Shown here one piece after another: positions 33,401-42,400 of a stretch of 64,000 bases of DNA. Position numbers and translations under genes: made by a program. The stretch comes from Bacteroidales bacterium. GTDB taxonomy: Bacteria; Bacteroidota; Bacteroidia; Bacteroidales; UBA10428. Within the stretch, counting starts at the first letter, position 1. Every line of letters begins with the position of its first letter. Where the stretch lies: the NCBI GenBank assembly GCA_046481675.1, contig JAWOJJ010000011.1, positions 1,586 through 65,585 of the forward strand, in the 5' to 3' direction. The notes beneath the pieces are model-generated. The model was given only the letters and a program-made list of their open reading frames with translations, searched no databases and was not told the origin of the DNA.

Positions 33401-36400
33401 CAGGTTAACACCTGCATTTGCTGCGGTGGGCATGTCGTTGATGATGATCACCGAATCGGACGTAGTTCCATTCAGATAGGCCGTCCACACGAGCACATTT
33501 TCACCCTGTGCCAGGTTATAGGCATAGGTATTGTACAGAGAGTTATCTGCAAAACTAGCCGATCCGCGTTTTACCGACCATTCACCGTAACCGGGGTAGG
33601 GATTTTTAGCGTTGAGTCTTACTGTACTGCTACAAATTACCTGGTTTGGGCCGGCATCTGTAGTATCGGTAAGTATGTTTTCAATGACAACTGTATCGGC
33701 AGACACACAACCGGCATGGGTGATCATCCATTCGAAGATATTGCGTCCTTTTCCAATATTGGTTAAAAGTGTATTGTAGGCAAATCTGTCGGTAATCGTC
33801 GCTGATCCGCTCAGGAGTGACCATGAACCTGAACCTGTGGCCGGATTGTTGGCGTTCAGATTGGTATTGTCAGCATGGATGCGTTGATCAGGTCCTGCTT
33901 CAGATTCTGTAGGCCTGTTGTTAGTTATAATCACAGAATCATAGCTGACACAACCATTGTGGTTAACCGACCACCTGAAGATGTTTCTTCCCTGTGACAA
34001 ACCGGAAACAAGCGTGTTCGGATCATACCGGTTGATGTTGTATCCTGATCCGGAGGTGATTGACCATTGCCCGGTTCCGGCGGAAGGCAGAGCAGCGTTG
34101 AGTCTGTATATATGGTCACAGATTGAAGTATCGTTACCGGCTTCAACAACCAGTTGGTTGTTATACAGAGTAACTGTGTCAGTTACGCTGCAGCCGTTAA
34201 GAGTTACTGTCCAGGTAAAAGGATTTGCCCCCTGTCTCAAATTACTTACAGTTGTGACAGCCTGGTCGGAATGCTGGATCACTGCAGGTCCGGTTATTGC
34301 CTGCCACAGTCCGGTTGCAGGGAATTCAGGTTGTACAGCATTCAACGTTCCTTTGTCAGAACAAATTCCGATGTTTTCACCACCATAGGCCAAAGGTAAG
34401 GGATTGGCAACTACGTTCAGAATTGGAGACGAAGGTCCGGAACCGCAAACATTTACCCCCGATACGCTAATCGGACCGCCATACTCGTTTTTCACATACA
34501 TAACCTGTATCTGGCGGGTATTTTGTCCGGATATTACTGTCATTCCGGGAGGCAATGTCCATTGATAGTAATCTGCACCGGGTATGTCTGCTATCATATA
34601 GGTAATACCCGAAGCGCCCTGGCATACAATGCTTTCTCCGGTTATGGCACCGGCTGCTTCAGGATATGCATTCACCTGAAGCACTGCAGGCTGGCTGTTA
34701 ACAATTCCGCAAACGCCGCTGATTACACAGCGGTAGGAACCTGCATCTGTTGCAGTGATATTACTGATCAGCAACAATGAAGATGCCGAACCATTGATCT
34801 GTGTATCATCAGCCAATGGAATCCCGTCTTTTTCCCAACGATAGGTGATTGAATCACCGGTGGCAGCAATACTGAACAGAACCGATTCGCCTTCACATCG
34901 AATGAGGTTCTCAGGTTGTTTGTTAACCTGAACGGGGCTGTTTACCAACACCGGGATTGCTCCGGTTACAACAGTACCACATGAACCTGTGACGTTGCAT
35001 GAATAAAATCCTGCCTGTGCGGGAATGATGTTGTTAATTACAAGTGATGAGGTGGTAGTTCCGGTTATACCATTGCCATCGATAATGGAAATACCATCGC
35101 GAAACCACTGATAATTCAGGTTACTTCCGTTAGCAGAAACCGACAATGTTATCGACTGACCTGCGCACAGTGTATCTCCTGTTGGGATTCCTGTAATGGT
35201 CAGCGATTCATAAACCGTAAGTTCAGCAGCGTCTGAATTGTGTATTATACCGCAACCATCCGTTACCACGCAGCGGTAAAGTCCCTGGTCGGAATTTATC
35301 AGTTCGGTTATGGTGAGGTATGGCATCTGGGAGCCTGTTATTCTGGCATCGTCAATTAATGCTGTGCCGTTGAATTCCCATTGGTAAGTCAGCTTGTTGC
35401 CCGTGGTTGCCACCCTGAAATTAGCCTGCTCACCTAAACATTCCTGCACATCAACCGGATGATCTGTAATTTGTCCTGCCTGATTTACTGCCAGAGTTGC
35501 TGGATCTGAATTTGCTGTTCCACAACTGTTCACCACCTCGCAGGTGTAAATCCCTGTATAAGAGGGAACGAGGTTTTCCAGGTATAAGGATGCTGTGGCA
35601 GCTCCGGAAATACCACTACCATCGGAAATCACTACACCGTTTTTCTTCCAGGTAAATACCGGGCTGTCGCCTACAGCAGTCAGCTGCATCAGATGATTTC
35701 CACCCTGGCAAACAGTTGCATCGGCAGGATGATTTGTGATGGAGGGCGGTACGGTTACAGTAATCGTGGCAGACTCTGAAGAAATACTGTTGCAACTGCC
35801 TGAAACAATACAGTGGTAAACGCCTGAGAACATAGGAGTGGCATGGCTTATGTGAAGTACAGAAGAAGTGGCTCCGGATATATCTCCGCCATTAGTGAGT
35901 GGCACGTTATCTTTCATCCATTGCCAGGTGTTGCCATCACCCTTTGCAAGAGCAGTTAGCGAAAAGTCAGAGCCATTACAAATGTTCTTGCTTTCGGGTT
36001 GTTCAATAATACTTGTTGCTTCTTCTACTACAAGAACTGCAGGATTAGTCATTACATTCTGACAGGAGCTGCTAACCATGCATTGGTAGGTTCCGCTTTC
36101 TTCAAATGTGACATTACTTGTAACCAGTGTAGCGGAAGATGTCCCGCTATACCGGGCATTGTCGGAAAGAGCAACTCCGTCTTTCATCCATTGCCATGAT
36201 AAAATGCTTCCTGTAGCCGCTGAGGTAAAGGTGTAAGAATTGCCTTCACAGATGGTATTCCCGGCAGGTTGAACCGTAATTACCGGTTCGTCATATACGT
36301 TCAGTGTTGCAGGGTTGCTGATTAGTGTATTGCACGGTCCGGTAACAATGCATTGATAATTGCCGTGGTCAGCGGTCTGCAGGTTTTTTATCTGCAATAC

Positions 36401-39400
36401 ACTTGTTTGAGATCCGCTGATTGACAGATTATCCACCAGGTTTGCCCCGTCTTTTTGCCATTGATACGTTGCCTGGCTGTTGTTTGCTGCAACAACAAAA
36501 GTTACTTCATCATTTCTGCACCTGTCGGCATTTACAGGTTGTGTGGTAATTGCTGAAACAGGCGATACTTCAGTTAATGCTGATGTTGAATACACCGTAT
36601 TGCACGTGCCACTAATGATGCAACTGTAAACTCCTGCGTCAGCAGTTGTTGCGTTGTTGATTACAAGAGCAGGGTTATGAGTACCGGTAATCCGGGCGTC
36701 ATCTGAAAGATTTACACCATTTCTGAGCCATTGATAGGTAAGGTTACTGCCGGTTGCACCAACACTCATATTAATCGGCATTCCTTCACAAACAGTCACA
36801 TTCGCAGGTTGTATGGTGATGGTGGCAGGTGACGCCACGGTGATTACCATGGGCGTGCTGTTTGCCATGCCGCAGGCACCGCTGACCTCACAATAATAAG
36901 AGCCCGAAAAACCCGGATCAACAGGAGCAATTCCCAGGATTCCGGTCGCAGAGCCCTGTACAGCCAGGTTATCTGACAGTTTCAAAGCGTCTTTGTACCA
37001 GCTGTATTTCAGTGAGTCGCCGGTGGCCGATACCTGGAGCGTGATGGCCTCACCAGTACACAGGCCTGTTTCGCCGGAAACTGAAGAAACATTTGTTATG
37101 CGGTTTACGAACAGTAATGCCGGTATCGAATTTTCTATACCGTCGACCATACAACTGTAGGCTCCGGCATCAGCGGCAACAAGACCAGTAATGGTTAATG
37201 ATGATGCCTGTGATCCCGAAATCCGGGTGTTATCACTCAGGATGACTCCATTTCGTTTCCATTGATAAGTATGGCTTCCGCCGGTAGCAGTAACACTTAT
37301 GGTAACGCTTTCACCCTCGCACCTTGTGCTTCCGGTTGGCTGAACAACGATTATACTGGATGCTAATAGGGTAAGCGAAGCAGGATTGCTGGTGGCTGTG
37401 CCGCAATAACCGGTAACCACAACGTTATATGCACCCTGATGCGATAAGTTGACATTCAGAATATTCAAATGGGATGAGGTTGAACCGGATATTCCACCAC
37501 CGTCTGTCAATGGCGATCCGTTAAAATACCATTGATACCTAAGGCTGTCGCCAGAAGTATTTACAGTGAAATCTGCATTGCCGCCTGATAATATGGAATA
37601 ATCGGCCGGATGGAAATTGATAACAGGCGGTGTCTGAACATCAACCCGAGTAACCGATGAGGTTACCGTGTTGCACGATCCAATAACGTTACAGGTATAG
37701 AGTCCTTCATCTCCGGTGTCAATAGTGTTAATTAAGAGACTGGCTGTTTGTGCGCCTGAAACATGTGAATCATTGATCAGGTTGATGCCATTCTTTTTCC
37801 ATTGATAGCCCGTTACATTACCACTGGCAGCGATATCCAGCCGGACCATTGAACCAGTGCATGGTGTAACCAGCGCGGCCGGTTGCATGCTGATTGCAAC
37901 GGGCTCGGATATATTAACCCTGACAGCGTTTGAAGTAATTGTATCACAGGCTGAATAGATGACGCAACGGTAGGTTCCTGAATCGGTAAATGCGACATTT
38001 ATAAGAGACAATACGGGACTGTTTGCACCTGCCAGGTCAGAATTTCCTTTTTGCCATTGGTAACTGATTCCGTCGCCTGTTACAGCCACAGCAAGGGAGA
38101 TGTCATTTCCGGTACATGCACTGGTGTTATCGGGCTGGTCGGTTATGGCAACCGGACTGTTAACCCAAACCTGGGTGCCTGTTGTGATTGCTGCAGCACA
38201 CGAATTGTCAACCCGGCACAGATAAATGCCTTCGTTAGCCTTACTGATAAGTTTTATTGTTAACCAGGGAGTCTTTGTCCCTGTTATGTTGGCGTTATCG
38301 GCAATCGGATTGCCATTATAATACCACTGATACGCAAGATTGGTACCTTGTGAAGCCGTATGAAGCACCATCTGATTTCCTTCACATATTTCAATTGTTG
38401 CAGCGGGTTGCGAAGATATTACCGGCATCAGGTCAACCTGAAGTGCTGCAGCTTCACTGAAAACCTGACCGCAGGGACCGGTTAACCGGCATCTGTAAAG
38501 GCCAGTATCTGTAATGGTTACTGCGTTAATTGAGTAATTGGCGCTTGTTGCTCCTGCTATATCTACGCCGTTTTTCTGCCACTGCCAGCTGCTTATCTCA
38601 CCGGTGACCATAACCTCAAATGATGCGGATTCACCCTGGCATACGTTTTCGGATGCAGGTTGTGAGGTTATTGAAATTAGTTCGAGTACCTCTATGTCTG
38701 CAGGGCTGCTGGTAACACTGCCACAAACACCCGTGACGATGCAATGATAAATACCTGAATGAATTGCATTTATAGGGTTAATGGACAGACTGGCTGTCTG
38801 GCTGCCTGCAATTGTCAGGTCGTCGGCAAGTATTGTTCCGTTGCGTTTCCATTCATAAGTCAGGCCTGTTCCCGAGGCAGTTATCGGAATTAGGGCGGCA
38901 TCGCCTGAACACAACGTAAGATCCGCAGGTTGCTGAATGATGGTTGTCACAGGATTCACCGTAAGCAGGGCGGTCTCTGAATAAGTTACAGTGCAACCCG
39001 AGGTAATTCTGCACCGGTAAGCTCCGGCATCAGCAGCGCTGATATTGCTTAATGAAAGTGTTGCTCCTGTTTGTCCCGTAAGATCTGTGTTGTCTTTTTG
39101 CCATTGGTATGTTGCTGTTCCGCTCACCATAACTGCAAAACCTGCTGATTGATTCTCACAGGCAGTAACCGGCTGGGGATGCATGATAATCGCGGGGACA
39201 GCTTCAACGGATAAAATAACCGGATTTGTAATGGTGTTTCCGCAATATCCTGTTATTTGAGCGGTATACACTGCAGCATCGCTGACCTTCACTGAATCAA
39301 TTATCAGCACGGGGGATGTCGAACCTATAATATGGTTTCCGTCATGGATAACAGTACCATTTTTCATCCATTGCCAGGTAAGTCCGGAGCCATTTGCGTC

Positions 39401-42400
39401 TGATGAGAACTGTATCTGCTGGTTTTCACATGCATTAACCGGTACAGGCTGCAAGACTACCTGAGGATAAGTTTTAACCGTGAGCAGGGCGCCATCGCTT
39501 GCCAGGGTGTCGCACATTCCGAACAGCAGACACCTGTATACACCGGAGTCAGATACAGTGACGTTGTTTAGCAAAAAAACTGAACTGTTCTCACCCGGAA
39601 GGTCTGTTTCGTCTTTCTGCCACTGATAATTCACAACTCCTTCAGCAACAACCCGGAATTGCACATTTCCCCCCTCACAAACGGTATCGCCAAGAGGTTG
39701 TTCTGTCAAATTCAGCTTATCATCAACCATCAGGCTTGCAGGAACGCTTCTTTCATTGCCGCAGAATCCGGTAACCAAACAGTTGTAAATCCCTTCATTC
39801 AACTCATTTATTTGCTGTATAATGAGTACATTGGTGCTGGTCCCTGATATGTTGTCATGATCCGCTAAAATAGCCCCGTTCAGTTCCCATTGATAAAGCA
39901 AACCGTCTCCGGAGGCTTGTATAGTGAAAATTGCATTCTCACCTTCACATAGTTGGATATTCGAAGGCTGCTGGATTATCAAAACCGATTCATTGATTGA
40001 AAGGTTGGCCGGATCCGAAGTCACAGTCCTGCCGCATGAATTACTGACCACACAGGAATAGTTACCTGCATGAGTGTTCTGAACATTATTGATAACCAGC
40101 GTGGAACCAGTTGCGCCGGGCAGGTTTATTCCATCCTTAAGCCATTGAAATGACGGGTTGTTGCCTGTTGCTGATATTGTAAAGAAAACATTGCTGTTCA
40201 AACAGGTTTCCACATTATCCGGCTGGGAAGTAATGGCCAGCGAAGTGTCTACTGAAAGAGCGGCTGGATGTGTCGAAACCGCGCTGCAACTTCCGGTTAT
40301 GACGCAAGTGTAGTTACCGATATCAGTCCCGTTAACCTGGCTAATAGAAAGAGAGCTGGACTGCGTTCCGCTAATCCTGACTCCGTCGGTAAGGTTAATC
40401 CCGTTTTTTTGCCACTGGTAGCTGATTGCGGAACCGGTTACATTAACTGTAAAGTTGGCGTTGTCACCCTCGCAACGAAGCAGATCAACCGGATTGCTGA
40501 TAATTACAGGGTAGTTGTTAGCTGTTAACAGCACCTGGTTACTGAATATGCTGTTTCCGCATGTGTTTGTTATGATGCACGAGTAAAAACCTTCGTCGGC
40601 TTCTGATACATTTATCAGGGAAAGGGTTGTTCCGGTGGCACCCGGAATATGAGCATGGTCTTTTTGCCACTGGTATTGAAGGTTATCCCCTTCTGCAACA
40701 ATGCTCATATTTGCATTATTGCCTTCGCACAACACAACATCTGACGGTTGTGAAGTGATCACAATATTCCTGTCTACTTCGAGCATTGCGGCGGATGAAG
40801 CAACAGTACCGCAACTGCCTGAGACTATAGCGTGGTAATTTCCTTCATTTGCTTTTTTCAGGTTGTCAATGAAAAGGGTACTGCCTGAAGAGCCCGAGTA
40901 ATTGCCCGTATCCTGCAAAGCCTGATTGTTTCTGTACCACTGATATGACAGGTTGGATCCACCAGCCTGGATAACAAAACTGATGTCTTCTCCTTCACAT
41001 TCATGGGCATCTGACGGGTTGGCATTCAATACAACCGGAGACCAGAAAAGCAATTGCGCATCGTTACTGGTAATATCACTACCGCAATCTCCCGATACAA
41101 CACAATGGTATGTGCCAAGATCGGAAGCCTGAACATTGTTCAGTGCCAGTATGGGATTATTGGCCCCAACCAGTGCAACCCCATCCTTTTCCCATTGATA
41201 TACAAGGTTCACTCCTTCAGCTTCAACATGGAACTGGATATTGCTTCCGATACATACGGTTTGGGGAATCGGCTGGGTAACTATTTGCACTTCAGGTAAA
41301 ACCGAAATTGTGACACTGCCTGTTCCTGAAGATGAACAATTCTTGCTGTCGGTAACATGAACCATCATATAGGAAGTGGTATCAACCGGATAAACCTGGG
41401 TGCTAAACACAGGTCCTGCAATTCCGCCTGAAGTATAGGTTCCGCTGCCGTCGGTATAAGTAATACTGTATGGACTTGTTCCTGTTAATGTAATACTAAT
41501 GGTGGCAGGTGATCCGTAACAAACGGAGGCATCTCCTGATAAAACAGCTCCGGGTACCGGGTTAATAGTCACCTGGTTCGTTACCGAGGCCTGGCATCCG
41601 CTGACAGCATCCTGATAAGAGTAGTTGATATTATAGGGTCCGCCTGGTAAAAGGCTGGATGGTTTGAAAATGGCAGTTCCATTTCCGTTATCGGTTGTGG
41701 ATGCTCCCGAGAAAACACCCGACGGAGCATAATTCCCTGTAATGGTTATCTGCGGATTATTAGCACAATACGATGGTGCCAGGTTCATAATGGCAGGAAC
41801 GGGCAGGGCATAAACCCTCACTGGTTCAGTTCTTGTATTGATACAGCCATTGGCATCAATATAGGTATAGGAAATGGTGAAATTGCCGGCTCCTGCTGCG
41901 GAGGGACTGAAAGTGGCAGTACTGTTGCCATGGTCGGTAAGGCCGGGTGCCGGGGCAAACGTGCCGCCGGCAGGATTTCCGGAAATGAGCACATCGGTGT
42001 TGTTAATACAGTATTTTGCAGTCAATCCCCCCAGGGTAACATTGGTTCCTACCTGCACGTTTTGCAGGGCGGTGTCGGGACAACCCTCGGGTGAAGTGTA
42101 AATATATCTAACCTGATGCAAACCCAGTCCGGATAGAAACGGATCAAAAACAGCAGTGCCATTTCCGTTATCGGTAATGCCGGGACCGGAAAAAACACCG
42201 GATACTCCTGCCGGGTTACCGGTTAGTGGAATACCTGCATCATCTGTGCAGTATTGGCTGCCAAGTCCGGAAAAACTTGCGGATGGCCTGGGCGGCACCA
42301 CAATATCGCGACTGGCAGTGCTGCTGCAGGTGCCATTTGAGTAGGAATAGGTTATGGAGAAACTTCCCAGTCCCGAAACTAAAGCATTGAAATTACCTGT

